From contig NC_134481.1 in assembly GCF_964194025.1 (NCBI RefSeq), positions 35,092,001 through 35,156,000 of the forward strand: a DNA stretch of 64,000 nt, read 5' to 3'. The stretch's first letter is position 1. Each line of letters begins with the position of its first letter. This document shows, piece by piece, positions 49,301 to 60,276 of this stretch. The notes beneath the pieces were generated by a model. It was not told where the DNA came from, ran no database searches, and saw only the letters and a list, made by a program, of their open reading frames with translations. A program made the translations under genes and the position numbers. Source of the DNA: Convolutriloba macropyga (Eukaryota).

Positions 49301-52300
49301 CTTTGACACTGTGAGTTGTAGTAATTTCTTCATTTTTAAACATTTGTTCACTATTGGCCTCTTTCATCACACTATTGGCGTTGGAAAAGGCGCAGTTGAA
49401 AATATCTAATGATTTTAGTCAATAGGTTATGGTTTTAACGGCTTCACACCGTTTTCTCACAAATTTTGAATGAAATTCTGAATTTTGCCTATATTTGTAG
49501 TTCTTTTTGTAGTCATATGGCATATTCTGTACAATTATAGGTCTCAAAGACTTCCTTTTGGGGACATAAATGAACCTATCTAATGATTTCAGTTGATAGC
49601 AAATCGATGTTTTCAAAATAATAACCTTTATTTATTTTAATTTGCCTTTTTTGTGCTCTCTTTGTCTACTTCTTACCTAGCCTCATTAGGGACAATTCCC
49701 AGATATTTTTAGGGGAAGTACAAATTAATTTGTTTAGTTGGTTTTATCTGATGCTATTTTGATTTTGTTATTAAGAGGTTTTTTTAAAGACATCGAGTTT
49801 TGATCATAATTCATTTTTTTTGTTATTCAATTTCGTTGTTTGTCTTGTCTCGGGGTCCCGTTTATGACAGGCCTCATTAGCCCTTTAGTCCGACATTATT
49901 TAATTCGTTTTGGTGGTTTGAGTTTAAAGCAGTTTTTATCCGTACAGCAATTATTTTTATTATGTGAATTTTTGAAAGTTTTCCATCTCCACCCAATTTG
50001 GTAGACATTTAGGTCAAGAATGTGGATTAGAGAAGTCGGAAAATGATGTACAAACGCACATTATCGAGGCCCCTTGATTTCATCACAATTCGATTTCATC
50101 ACAGAAGTGGGAGGGCTGTCTTAGATCGCTCTTTAAACTATGGATATCTGCCTCCTCAAGCATTCGTAACAATATGAACTGTCCGCTTACAGACCAGCAA
50201 AGCTCTAAGACAGTTGCTCAACCAATTAATGCTCTAAGGGCTTTATCTGTTCATCTCGTCTTTTAAAAGCGTGAGACGAAAAATCGAACAAACTAAAAAT
50301 TGCATTTAAAAAGACAGTATGACTTCGTTTAATAGCAATTGATGTCAAACACGGGAAAATCCCTCTGCAGATATAACCAGCTCTGTGAGGGCTTTCGAAC
50401 GCTTCACGCATATCTTCCTCCAATAGATGGTTCGGGACTCAGAAATGACGGAACAAAAATATACCCTTTACTATACAGTTCCTTGCCTCGTTACATTAGG
50501 TCGTTACAAAACGCTCAAACTGCAAAATCTATCCTTTAGTGGCTTGTGACATGAATTCTCGGGATTAAATTTCAAAATTTTCAATAGTAAAAAGTAGCCC
50601 TGCGAGGGTACATATGTAAGATCACGTTATTTTTTTTTAATCTGCAAACATGTAAATTAAACTAACCACTTGGTTAATGTTACATGTTAGAAATTTATTA
50701 ATCAAACATTTTTTTTCTAATTTATAACAAACTAAGGTTCGGTTTTCGTAAAATAATTTAATAAAAAATATGTTTAAATCCTGCAACCCTTCTGTCTATT
50801 GGAACTCTTTCGTGTCGTTTAAGCATTTCCGCTGTAACTTTTTGTTTAAATTTGGTCTTCGACGTTTCTTTTCTAATTGTAATTGGAAGTGTGTTCCATT
50901 TTCGAATAAAGTTACGAACAATTGAACCATTACTCCATTTTGACTTACATTTTTGTTCTAAGAAAAGGTTATGGGTTCGTTTGTTTACAATAATAGGCAC
51001 GTTTTCTAAAAATCTGAAATGTTTATTAGAGCGATTTCTTGTTTGTTGGAGAATATTGAAAAACCTATTTAAAGACACCCGTGTTATTTGGAGCTCTGCT
51101 GGAAGAATTTTAGTCTCCAGAAGTAGATCTCTGGCAGTATCGTATTTGGTTTTCATAAAGCAAACTTTTATTCCCCAGTTTATCTGTTTGTTAATTCTCT
51201 CAATAGAGTAAGATTGTAAATTTTGAAAAAAAATTGCGCTAAAATCTAAATGAGACAAAACTAGTGATTTAAAAAGATTTATTCTTGTTATTAGCGGTAC
51301 CTGATGCTGACCGTTTTTACAAGCAATACTTGATTCTTATACTTAGCAATGTCTCTCTCATACTATTTCTCAAAGAAGCTGACTGACCTCGCCATGTGAA
51401 TATGAGACACCCAACATCCACATACTTCTCAATGGTCAGTCCCAATATTTTGATGACCTGAGATGTGCTGACGTGGAACACGACTCCAAATGTGAACCCT
51501 TTGACCAGGCTGACAGAAAAGTATCCGCCCACAAACCCTAACCTCAACAGGCCGAGGGCTAGCAGGAATATTCCTGAACAGAGGCCAATGCTTGCAGCTA
51601 TTGCTATTAACTGATCCTCGATTTGTTCCTGAGTTTGAACTGAAGGTGGAATCACCTCTCCAGTGGTCGCATTCGTTGATAGAGTTTGGCCCTTGTCGAT
51701 TGCTTTGTTTATTGAGTCAACTGAGAAACCGACCATCATACAAACGGGAGCAAATGTTGCGACAGACAGATGATTGGAAGTTCCGAATATGAAATAGATT
51801 AGAGGTGCCACGAAGCTCATGTATAGACCAATGACCGGTGGCATTCCAGCAAGTGAGGCGTAGGCCATACCTATAAAAACAATAACATTGACCTTCAACC
51901 AAGATTTGGAAATACTAGTTCAATCTAATGAATTTTTAGACCAGTTTTGACACTTATGCTGAGTTTTGAATAGATGCTATATCTTGCATTGACCAATATT
52001 CAGATATTTTAGATGTTTCAAAGCATACGTTTCGTTTTTTTGAGACATTCAAATTGTTCATTAACAGTATCGATTTTATCTGCTTGATTTGAGTCTTTCT
52101 ACTTGAGTGTCTGTCATGGGGGATGTTTGAACAGGAATACAAAATTCTGTCTATCTACTTTGTCAATTGAATTTCCGCAAACGTCAAGATGAAAACTTCG
52201 TTCTACTCTGTATCTGAAAAACATGCACTCAAGCTTTAGGTGTCGATTCGTACATACTACTTCATGTAATTGAGCGTATTCGAGAACACTGGGAGTCAAT

Positions 52301-52956
52301 ATACGTTTATTAAAGCATCGGTAAACAAGTGATTGAACTTACTTTGAGTGAACTAATTGAACTAATTATTGACATGTTTCTTTTTTAATAGCTGAGATTA
52401 CGTCAATTGATGTGAATAAATTGATGAAGTCATCGTAGTTCATTTAAAGTTTATCGCGGTTTCACATCACATAGTAAAAATAGTTTTTGTACTTTTTATT
52501 ATTGAACTAATTAGAAACGCCGAATCGCAGTTCATAAAGTTGAAGTTGGCTTTAAGTCAAACTAAACTTCACCTTTAAGTTTTACTCTAGTAATAAAAGA
52601 TCTCCCTTACCTTTTAAAGGTTATAACGGCTAGTGATAAAAATGTACGAACTAATTTATTCTGACACTAAAAAAATCAAGCTAGACAATTAGTGAAAACG
52701 AAAAACAATCAATCAAATGATTGTTTAACTTATTTTAATTTTGAATTTCACCTTGAGGAATGTTGAAAGCAGCCACTGTTAATCCCGCTATCACGTCTCC
52801 CATAATGTATGACTTCTGATATCGTTTGAACATGTCAATACAGGGGAAGAAAGAATACAAGAAGTTCACCGGGGAGCATTTCGATTCTCCACCTTTCCTC
52901 CTTTTCCTAATCCGACCATAAGTTTGGTCAAACTCATTTTGGTTGTGAAAACTCAT
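12760..52956 (-). CDS. SLC26: SLC26/SulP family anion transporter (prestin/pendrin-like), 7 coding exons, 699 aa
   Basis: Exons 52956-52752, 51870-51388, 48901-48696, 44622-44297, 25704-25581, 17198-16984 and 13300-12760 join with GT-AG and phases 1,1,0,2,0,2 into 2100 nt. Motifs: GDVIAGLTVA..IPQGMAYA, GLY, FGTS.HLSV, SRT, GGKTQ, and STAS domain LYFAN/FIDHSG/FPSVHDAV. The specific paralogue cannot be assigned by eye. Confidence 0.93.
14349..14862 (-). mobile_element. Non-autonomous Helentron-associated (HINE-like) element, family B, representative copy
   Basis: One end is the hairpin TAGCCGCTATCGCTTCGCGGCTATT. The other end is AACATAGCC(G/A)GCAGA..; the intact family hairpin CCGGCAGATTGCCGG is at 11333-11347. 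Related ends recur near 21300, 28240, 30070, 33090, 34845 and 45775. Confidence 0.55.
15539..15715. mobile_element. MITE with ~24-bp TIRs and 9-bp TSD (Mutator-like)
   Basis: GATCTTTTTCGTTTGTGCCCCCCCC ... GGGGGGGGCACAAACGGAAAAGATC, flanked on both sides by TGAAAAATT (15530-15538 and 15716-15724). Confidence 0.85.
16984..17198 (-). CDS. SLC26: SLC26 coding exon 6
   Basis: GTTTCAG|TCG TTG TAC (SLYRSAKYDFVCW...LGQVVGTKQYRD); donor AA|GTAGGT. Confidence 0.9.
17342..18629. repeat. Recent 627-bp tandem duplication with 34-nt junction filler
   Basis: 17342-17968 matches 18003-18629 (offset 661); filler at 17969-18002. Confidence 0.93.
19146..19628 (-). mobile_element. HINE/DINE-1-like non-autonomous Helentron, family A
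   Basis: Subterminal inverted repeats related to AATTGCTCTCAAACGA / TCGTTTGAGAGCAATT, terminal hairpin of the CCGACTAACGTCGG type, and a G-rich variable core. Confidence 0.7.
23974..24360 (-). mobile_element. HINE-like family A copy, truncated
   Basis: AACATAACCGACTAACGTCGG..AATTGCTCTCAAACGACCGGCGAGCGG and G-rich core; the distal subTIR is missing. Confidence 0.65.
25288..25350 (-). mobile_element. Degenerate tRNA-like sequence (probable SINE head)
   Basis: The minus strand reads GAGTAATCTAAGATGTCAGACTGACATCTTGGAGGCACGTGGTTCGAACC: a B-box GGTTCGAACC and a tRNA-Leu/Ser-like D arm, but no proper acceptor stem. Confidence 0.4.
25581..25704 (-). CDS. SLC26: SLC26 coding exon 5
   Basis: GTTTAG|T GGT GTT (SGVMLVVMICAGPL...ALELP); donor CCA|GTGAGT. 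Confidence 0.9.
27010..34040. repeat. Cluster of nested segmental tandem duplications in SLC26 intron 4
   Basis: The block containing CTTCAGCTCAGAAAGTACAAAA recurs near 27265, 29647, 30400 and 32073. The block TTTTGGGCTTAAATGTCAAG recurs near 28783, 31208 and 33719. Confidence 0.9.
29343..29386. repeat. Perfect 20-bp-stem hairpin (second copy at 31768-31811)
   Basis: ATTTTGAGGTCATGAAAACA-CCCT-TGTTTTCATGACCTCAAAAT. Confidence 0.9.
36055..36122 (-). mobile_element. Degenerate tRNA-like sequence (probable SINE head)
   Basis: The minus strand has TAGCTGAGAGGTT (A-box-like) ... GGTATCGAATACC (B-box-like) at tRNA spacing. Confidence 0.4.
36138..37156 (-). mobile_element. Two adjacent HINE-like family A copies (36138-36542 and 36611-37156)
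   Basis: Each has the GTCGGGCGAA..CTCT.AAAC end and the TTG(A/G)GAGCAATTAA end. The second has a (TG)n plus poly-G core. Confidence 0.7.
39738..40186 (-). mobile_element. HINE-like family A copy
   Basis: CATAACCGACTAACGTCGGGCGAATTGCTCTCAA ... TTTGAAAGCAATT. Confidence 0.7.
40420..42233 (-). mobile_element. Long HINE-like family A copy with internal tandem subrepeats, one end missing
   Basis: Colinear with 46455-48375; ends in TCGTTTGAGAGCAATTAA. Confidence 0.65.
44297..44622 (-). CDS. SLC26: SLC26 coding exon 4
   Basis: TTTTGCAG|GTT ATT GGT (VIGDVPTGFP...SRTNLQ..GGKTQIAGIIT); donor AG|GTGTGT. Confidence 0.92.
46348..48375 (-). mobile_element. Long (~2 kb) HINE-like family A copy with both ends
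   Basis: Perfect subTIR pair AATTGCTCTCAAACGA (46371) / TCGTTTGAGAGCAATT (48359), hairpin CCGACTAACGTCGG, and a ~1.5 kb AT-rich internal array. Confidence 0.75.
48696..48901 (-). CDS. SLC26: SLC26 coding exon 3
   Basis: TTTTAG|AT ATT CTT (DILLNISKTN...PVPMELILV...YGLD); donor GAT|GTGAGT. Confidence 0.9.
50758..51300 (-). mobile_element. 3' fragment of a non-LTR retrotransposon ORF2 in SLC26 intron 2
   Basis: 166-aa ORF with the post-RT signature ..RKWNTLP..IR......KFKQKV. Confidence 0.6.
51388..51870 (-). CDS. SLC26: SLC26 coding exon 2
   Basis: TTTTTATAG|GT ATG GCC (GMAYASLAG...CLIFTWR); donor G|GTCAGT. Confidence 0.92.
52752..52956 (-). CDS. SLC26: SLC26 coding exon 1
   Basis: MSFHNQ...GDVIAGLTVAAFNIPQ/G; donor AAG|GTGAAA. 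An acceptor-like TTATTTCAG lies 8 nt upstream of the ATG. Confidence 0.88.
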
Positions 52957-53748
52957 TATTACGACTGAAATAAGAAGGGTTTAGCCCTGTACTGCCTGAT
53001 TCCTTCTTGTCTCAAATAAGAAATGATCTGCAATCGATATTTGGATGGAAATTGAAGTAAAGAGTGGACACGTGATATTTATAATAAACAGATCATCAAG
53101 TAAATGTACGATAGGTTTACAAATCAAAGATACTTCAAACTCGTTTACAGAACAAATGTAAAGGATGAACAGCAAAGATACTACAAAGGTACAAGCATAT
53201 GAGTTAAACAAACAACTTCACTTCTTCAACAGCTCCTATTAAAGTCAACAACTCCGCGCCCCCTTAGTGCCCTAGAGCCTCGCATTCTGAGGATGGAGCT
53301 CCCTGTTTATGGAATGACTGGTAAAAAACAATCACACTATACCATGATGTGCCAGACGGCGGACGAAACTTAAAGTTGATGAACAAAATCTCCGATCTCC
53401 GAATTAGTAGATTCGCGTTTCAAATGAGTAACCACAACATGTGTTTCATATCATGTAATAATTTCTTTTTCGATCACACTAATAGGGCACAGTGAACTAC
53501 TCACTTGATCTGGTGTCTCCTTGGAAAAAGGAAAATATCCTCATGAATATTTTTAAAGTAAATTATAGTTATCCGTATATACAGACTTGGTCGAACAGAA
53601 CTGATGAAAAGAGTACATAAATAGAACGCATCCAAGTACTTAGTGTGTTTGTGTTTTTAGTTAATGTTGCAAAATATGTCTATTGAAAAATGATATAACT
53701 TGGCAGGGGTCTCATATTTCTAAGCTCAAGCTTAAGTAGGAAAATGCT

Positions 53749-54045
53749 TTACGAGCCATTCAGTCGTCCCTCACGAAAAAAGGCGGGGGATAAATTTTCG
53801 GTAGGATTGTTCCTTCGCATTGACCTACATCCTCGCAGGCAGAGAAAACATCTTCGAAGGAGAGCGAAGCTAATTTTGTTCCGAATGAGGGATATAACGT
53901 CAGCGTACGGTTCCCTTTGTTTTTCGCTCATCTTAGCGGTGATTCGTTTGAGAGCTTTTGTTTCTGCAGGGCTGCGGTGCCCGGTGCAGGCGAAGATTAG
54001 TAGGTTGAAAGTGCTGTGCTCTACATCTATCACGAAAAGGAATTA
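53749..54045 (-). mobile_element. 3' fragment of a CRE-clade-like non-LTR retrotransposon (restriction-like endonuclease end)
   Basis: IDVEHSTFNLLIFACTG...SEKQREPY..VISLIR.KISFALLR...CLRGCRS resembles the C-terminus of RLE-bearing CRE elements. Confidence 0.65.
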
Positions 54046-54210
54046 GAAAGTAAAAGCAGAAGGTAATAGTTATATTAGTAAAAGATTTATCAATAGCAGA
54101 TAAAACAAAAATTTATAGCCCGTGATAATAAAGAATGTCAAATACATAAATTTCAATTTGACGAGTAGACAAAACAACTCCGTTGGTCTCACTCATGCTA
54201 CAAAAAAGAC

Positions 54211-54365
54211 GGATCTTTTCCGTTTCTCGCCTTCTAGGTTAGTGGGTGCATACCATTTGGAGCAAGCCTCAAGCACACCACGCGATATATTAAAACAATG
54301 ATTTGCTATTTGACACATTTGTAACTGGGGCACAACGTACTAGAGGACGTGAGGAGAAAAGAAAC
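54211..54365. mobile_element. Diverged relative of the 15539 MITE
   Basis: Starts GGATCTTTTCCGTTT and shares TTAGTGGGT and TGTAACTGGGG..AACGTACT with 15539-15715. Confidence 0.5.
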
Positions 54366-55242
54366 TTAGGAGAAACAATTTTTAAAATGTTGATATGACA
54401 GTGGGTTTTGAATATCCAGGTGTCTAAAGAATCTAACCACCAGACGTGTACAAAACATTATCGCCGTTAGCTATAGCCGCGCCGCCACATCAGAAATTAG
54501 TATATTCAAATTTTGTTTTAAATAGTGAGAAGAGAAGGCTCATTCCCACTATAAATTTTCGACCACCCAGTTATTATAACAGTTGTCAGCGCGTGCAAGT
54601 ACGTGTAGGAATTGAAATGCCAAGGTTGAATTTATAATTCAAACATTTTTTCTCAAATAAATTATAAAAAGGTCAGCAATTCTAAACATCTGGCCCATAC
54701 ATCAGTTGATTGAATTCCACTGAGCAGAAAAACCGTTTGGGAAACATATTTTAAATACCAGAGCAATTTAAAGATAAGTGAATAGACACCCATTGAAAGC
54801 TATTTTTGCAACAAATGCTGACTTGATTGCTATATTCTCATTTTTTAATACTTGGCAGGTTCTGTATGTTGAATGAAACACTAATTCAATTAAAATTGAT
54901 AACGAGCATCTAGATTATTTATTTTGATAAATAATAAAAGATGAACTCTTTTTCAAACCAAGCAGTTGTCTGTTTCTCTTAATTCCACAAGAATTCAGAG
55001 CTCACGCTATCCGTAAATCCTGCTCAGGCAATCTAAATTTCTAGTAAACGATAGGCTTTTCAAATTCCATTGGGAAATAAACAACTTTTTACAATGAGCA
55101 GAACTCCTGTACATGGCAGTTTGCGTGCAAATGTCACATCTAAGTGGAATAGTGTTGAATTTAACAAAATGTGAGCAGATAACTTCCTCTAGTCACAGCT
55201 CTCTGTGGACCACAGCCAGTTCCAACTCCCAGAATCATGAAC

Positions 55243-55626
55243 CTACTTAAGCTCTCGGTACTTCCAGTGGTCTAATCTCGACTTGAACTGCCTAAATCTC
55301 TGTGAGGAGATAAGTTCAGTCGGAAAGTTATTCCACTCATTAACATGCTGGCTGAAGCTGTTCTTCCATAGTTCAATCCTCAGCTTGTCCAGTTTAATTT
55401 TTTTGCCGTGGCCAGGCAATGATTTGGCAGTATCGGCTCTGTTCAGGGGTCCTTGGGACACTTTCTTGTTGTGCCCAATTTTGGAATTGAGGAGTTTGAA
55501 GGTTGCTGTTATGTCGCACCGCAGTTTTCTGTAGTCAAGTGTTGGCATGTCGAGTCTTTTGAGACGTTTCTCATAACTGAGGTGCCAGAGGTCCATGACT
55601 TTTATTGTTGCACGACGTTGAACATT
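55243..55626 (-). mobile_element. CR1-like LINE, 3' piece (continues from 60277-60690)
   Basis: NVQRRAT..V..L.HLSYEKRLKRLDMPTL.YR.LR.D....FK ... FS....WN..P, the CR1-type ORF2 C-terminus. Confidence 0.75.
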
Positions 55627-56287
55627 GCCTCATCATCAACATCAAAGAACACACTGTCCGATTTCTAGGGTCGACCCTGAACCATCGAGCCCCAGTTTTC
55701 TCCTTGCTCAGTCGTTGTCTTCGCAACACGTCGTGAATTGTCTCCATCCAGGTCTTCTTCGGTCGTCCTGGTTGTTTACGTCCCTGGACTTCAAGCTCAT
55801 ACACCCGTTTGATGGAATGCTGGTCTTCGCGAAAAAAACAACGCGTCCATACCACCGTAATTGCCTGCATTCTATTTCTTGGGCAATGTTGGTGTCGAGA
55901 CCCCGTCCAACAGCTAACGATGTAGATGGTTGTCTGTCAGTTAGGGTTACCCCACAGATCATCTTGATCATTCTGCTCTCTGTTGACTGGAGCCGCTGAA
56001 TACTCCACTGGTCAAGGTCCAGGATTCCGCGGAGTAAAGAATAACCGTCCTGACGCACGTTTTATACACTGTGTCACGCTGCAAGAGAGAGAATCCACTC
56101 TTGCCCAAAAGTGTGTCCCTCAACCTCCGGAATGCCAGCCATCCAGCCCGAATTAGTTGCGCTATCGCTATGTCGCTTGATGTGCCTGTCGCATCCCTAC
56201 AATGGCCCAGTTAGGTGAAACGTTCAACAACTTCGAGATCCCCAAGTTTCTGTCCAGTATCCGGATCTCTTGACCCGTTTTGACAGG

Positions 56288-56882
56288 TTGCTACAAGTCA
56301 CTAATTTTGCCAGTACTCTTATATGGCTCTTCATGCAGAAATCCGAACCGAGGTGAGCTACAACAGCTTGAAAGATTTCAAAAGAAAGTAGTCAAATGGA
56401 TCCTTGGACAAAAAGTCATGCCGTATCCAAATCAACTGAGACTTCTTAACATACTACCACTACCAATGTTCATGCAACTAAATGACATTCTACTTTTATC
56501 GAAATTGACAGAAGACGACAGCTTTTTACCAATGCTGAAACAAAATTCAGAAAAAGGGAGAACAAATGAATTATTCAAGCTCCCGAAAACCAGAACTGAA
56601 AAGGCTAGAAATGATTTCTTTTTCCGTACATGCAGACTAGCAAATCGAATAGAAAAAAACATTGAATTTAATACGAAAAAAGTCCTTAAAAATCGAGTTT
56701 TAAATTTCAAGTGGACGTTTGTAAACGAGCGATTCGACGAAAATAACATCTGTAGCTGGCATCTATGCTGTGACTGTTAGATCTGCAGAAATAATAGGAC
56801 AATTTTCAAAGACGACGACTGGGACGAAAATCCCCTCAGTGAAAACTGTAAATCCCCAAAAACAACAACAACAACAACAACA
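56288..56882 (+). mobile_element. 5'-truncated LINE (CR1/L2 group) with (CAA)n tail, inserted in the RTE element
   Basis: YKSLILPVLLYGS...LERFQKK...LLNILPL, C-terminal CDC..C and (CAA)n tail. ACAGG is duplicated at 56283 and 56883. Confidence 0.8.
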
Positions 56883-57183
56883 ACAGGAACTGCAAACAAA
56901 TGTATCTACATGACGGCTCAGGCTCCTGTTGACGCCTGAGCAGTTCTTGTGTACCCAGCCCTTGCAAGTGGTACATCTTATGGAGTTCCTTCCTACTCGG
57001 CTGCCACAGACAGTGCATGGGTTCACTCTGGCACGCGTGAGGATTCGTTGAGGCATTAGAAGAGCTTTGGTTTTGCCAACAGTTACTTGCAGGTCCTTGC
57101 GTTCCATTGCCGTTTTCCAGTTGTTGTACTAAGCAAGTACCTCCTCCTTGGGGTGAACGGCTAGGGCAAGGTCATCTGCAAAG

Positions 57184-59165
57184 ACAGAGAGAGAGAGAAA
57201 GACTTAATTCTCAAAGAGAAACCAAAAGTATTAGCATATGCTCTTCATAACAACACAATTTGAACAAATACATACAACATAATAGGTACAGATTAAATCC
57301 ACGCAAAACGTTTTTTTGATCCAGAAATCTTTGACAGCAATTATGTTATCTTACTGAATCCGGTAATAATCTTATGACGAAAGAGATAATTAGCCATAAG
57401 TGTACTCCGTGAGAAGAATGATTTTGAGTTGCTAAATTTGGGGTCCATTACAAATAAGCTGGAGGAGCAGACACGGTTTTCACTTTTGTTAGCATTGAAG
57501 GTGATAAATTGATCGTAGTCAAGTTTGTATTTATTGTTCTTGAGTTGTGCTAGAAAAACAAGGGTCCGGAATTCGATAAGATGACACATCGGTAGTATGG
57601 AATGCTTTTTGAGTACTGACTGATATGGCGTTTTTGTCCCAAATATCCATTTGAAGCATTGCATTTGAAACTTTTCCATTGACTTCAGACGTGTTATGTC
57701 AGGAGACCAAGATGGTATTCTATAGAGAAGTACAGATAACACTAAGGATGAATAGAGTTCATACTTCTTACATGAAGGCGTTTGCCATGAAATTTTCTGT
57801 TTCAAAGCGCGAAAGCATCTCATAGCATTATTCAACTTTGTTAACACGTGCTCTGTCCATTTGAGGTTATTGCTAACGATTATTCCAAGATCCTTTATAT
57901 GAGCAACATTATCTAAGAGATGGCGATTCATTTCAACAGAGGAAGACCCTTTTAAATTAACACTTTGTTTTATCGAGATTAGCGATCATTCCGTTTGCAA
58001 TGTTCCAGTTGTAGAGCCACGAAAGATCATTATGAAAATTCAAAGACGTGAAAAGGAGTTTAAGGTCATCTGCAAACATCCAGGCTAGACAGTCTAGAAA
58101 AATACTTGGAGGCTCATTAATATGAGAAACAAAAACGGGCCAAGTACGGAACTTTGTGGTACTCCACTAGTGACCAAAATCGGATCAGAAAAATAACCAT
58201 CCAGATTAACAAATTGGGAACGGTTCTCCAGATAGGAGACGAATAAGGTACAGAGCTCCTCGTCGAAGCCAAAAAATGTTCAGTTTGGCGATTAGAATTT
58301 CATGCCGAACTTTGTCAAAGGTCTTTTCATAGTCACAGTAAATCGTAAAAAGGGTTTGAGACTGCGGGAGCAGCAATAAATTTGAGACTGCGGGAGCTGT
58401 CTCAAATTTATTGCTGTACAATGTCTCAAAAGTTAATTAAAAAGATTAATCGCAGAACTGCATTTTTTCGTGACTGAAAGCCGAACTGTTTTGGATGGAT
58501 TTGGTGTTTAGATAATTCATAAAGATAATTGAAAAGTAAGCTTTCAAAAATCAAAGAGACTAGTGGCAGTAAACTGATAGGGCGGTAATTTTCGATGTTG
58601 GATTTGGAAAGCTTTTTGTTCAAGGGCCTAACATATGCTACTCTCCAAATAGCGGGAAAAGATCGTGATTGAGTAAAAGAGATAAGATAGTAAATCTGCA
58701 AACAGATGTGGAGTTAGTTTAAGCAGAGAAAAAGGGAAGAAATCATTCGTTAGGTGAGTTGATGTTTTCGTTTTCATTATCTCATCTAAGATCAAATCAG
58801 GTCTTATGGATGAACTGAAAAGTTTAAGTCTGATTGACTCGGCTGGAGCAAGTGGATTGCGGACATATGAGATTGCGTTAAATTTTTTTTAAAGAAATTG
58901 AACTCTGTATTTGCTTGAGGATGGTGGTAGATATACGCACATGAAAACAAGAGCTTCAGACGAATTATCTACCACGAAAGCAGTTCCAAAGTCATTTTTG
59001 AGAAAGTTAAGATGTCGCGTTCCTAAGTCACTTGAAGTCTTACGTAGAACAGCAACTCCACCATGTTGACCCTTGAGTCTGTCAACTCTCGATAATAGCT
59101 CATACTGACCAAAATGGTTGAAGTTATCACTCATGGTGGAGGAATCGAGCGAGGTTTCTGTCATT
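57184..59165 (-). mobile_element. Decayed LINE (CR1/L2 group) with APE and RT fragments and (TC)n tail, inserted in the RTE element
   Basis: APE pieces (RVDR...HGGVAV, CVYLPP), NYRPISLL, QFGF, KTFDKV.H, SGVPQ, FADDL, KDLGIIV and C-terminal CIC..C. Confidence 0.82.
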
Positions 59166-60276
59166 AGATCCCCGTGCATTAGATAGCAAGAGAAGTTCAT
59201 TGATCCCCGTGCCCAGAGAAGTTCATTGCAAGAGAATATCGTTAGATCCCCGCGCCCAGCGGTGCGCGACACGTACTGTAGTACCGCAATGAACAAGAAA
59301 GGGCTTAAAATAGAGCCTTGAGGAACTCCAAATCTACCATCGAACATTTTTCAGACAGGCTTCCATCCACACTGGTCGACGTTCTGCACCCCTTGTACGT
59401 TGCCATGGTTGCTCTCACAAGCGGTTCCGGGACGATGTTGCTGTCTTTTAATCAATTTGATTCCGGGACTCAATAGAAACGCAAAGCCTCCACGATGACC
59501 TTCCTCGGCATCCTTTGGAAGGTCTTTTCAAGGTAAAACAAAATCCGGTTCAACCGCTTCTTCTTGGCTATGTATTTTTCGCACTGCTGCCTCGCTACAA
59601 AGACTGCGTTGGTTGTGCCTCTGCCTGGCATGAATCCAAACAGGGTTTCATTGATCTCGATCAGCTCCCGCAGTCGGACCCAGAGTACTTTTTCAATGAT
59701 CTAGAAATGATGTTCTAGCAATTTGATGGCACGGTAGGAAATGGGCGAGAGTGAGCCTCTTTTGTTTGAAATCCAAAGGCTGGGCACCAGAAGCGAGCAG
59801 CTCTTTTGCAACTGTCATCAACATAGATTCCAGAGTTGTTGGCTGCTTTAATCCTTGCGCCGTTTACGTCCGATGGATCATTGCCCGGTATGCCTTGAAA
59901 CAGTTCAGCGAGCCTAGGGCTGCTTGAAATTCAACCTGCGAGAATTCGCATGGACCTTCTACGGGCGGGACATCATCCTGAACGTGCTCATTGTCCACGT
60001 TCATAAAGTCTGCAATGTGGTCCTTCCACACTCTTTCTATATTCCAGACAGGTGTGAAGCTTGTCGTTCCGGTCCCTGATGTAGTTTTGCACCCCGCACA
60101 TTCCACTGATCTTTTGTGCGCCGCTTAGCTATGGCAAAGAGCCCCTGAGCATTAGCATCTTGACATGCCTCTTCAGCAGCCGTGCTTATCGCTCGTCGTG
60201 CCACTGCTTTTGCTTCCGTTCTCAATCGCACATATCCTTCTCTATTTTCTTGTGATCTTTCTTTGCCATTTTTTGA

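Larger units (their letters stand above)
55627..60276 (-). mobile_element. RTE/RTE-X-like LINE, decayed and interrupted twice
   Basis: GVPQGSILSPFLF (59340), FADDL (57170), Cys/His finger CTVC...CTTC..WVH..C inside the RT, EVVERF, RLRWYG, GRPKKTW and a (GAT)n tail. TSD ACG(T/C)TGAACATT at 55615-55626 and 60277-60288. Confidence 0.8.

Noticed and set aside
56763-57107. Poly-cysteine protein
   Set aside because: The Cys run is the antisense reading of the (CAA)n tail of the inserted LINE.
58889-59347. Novel RT-endonuclease fusion ORF of 152 aa
   Set aside because: It is a chance in-frame read-through across the junction between the RTE element, the filler and the inserted LINE.
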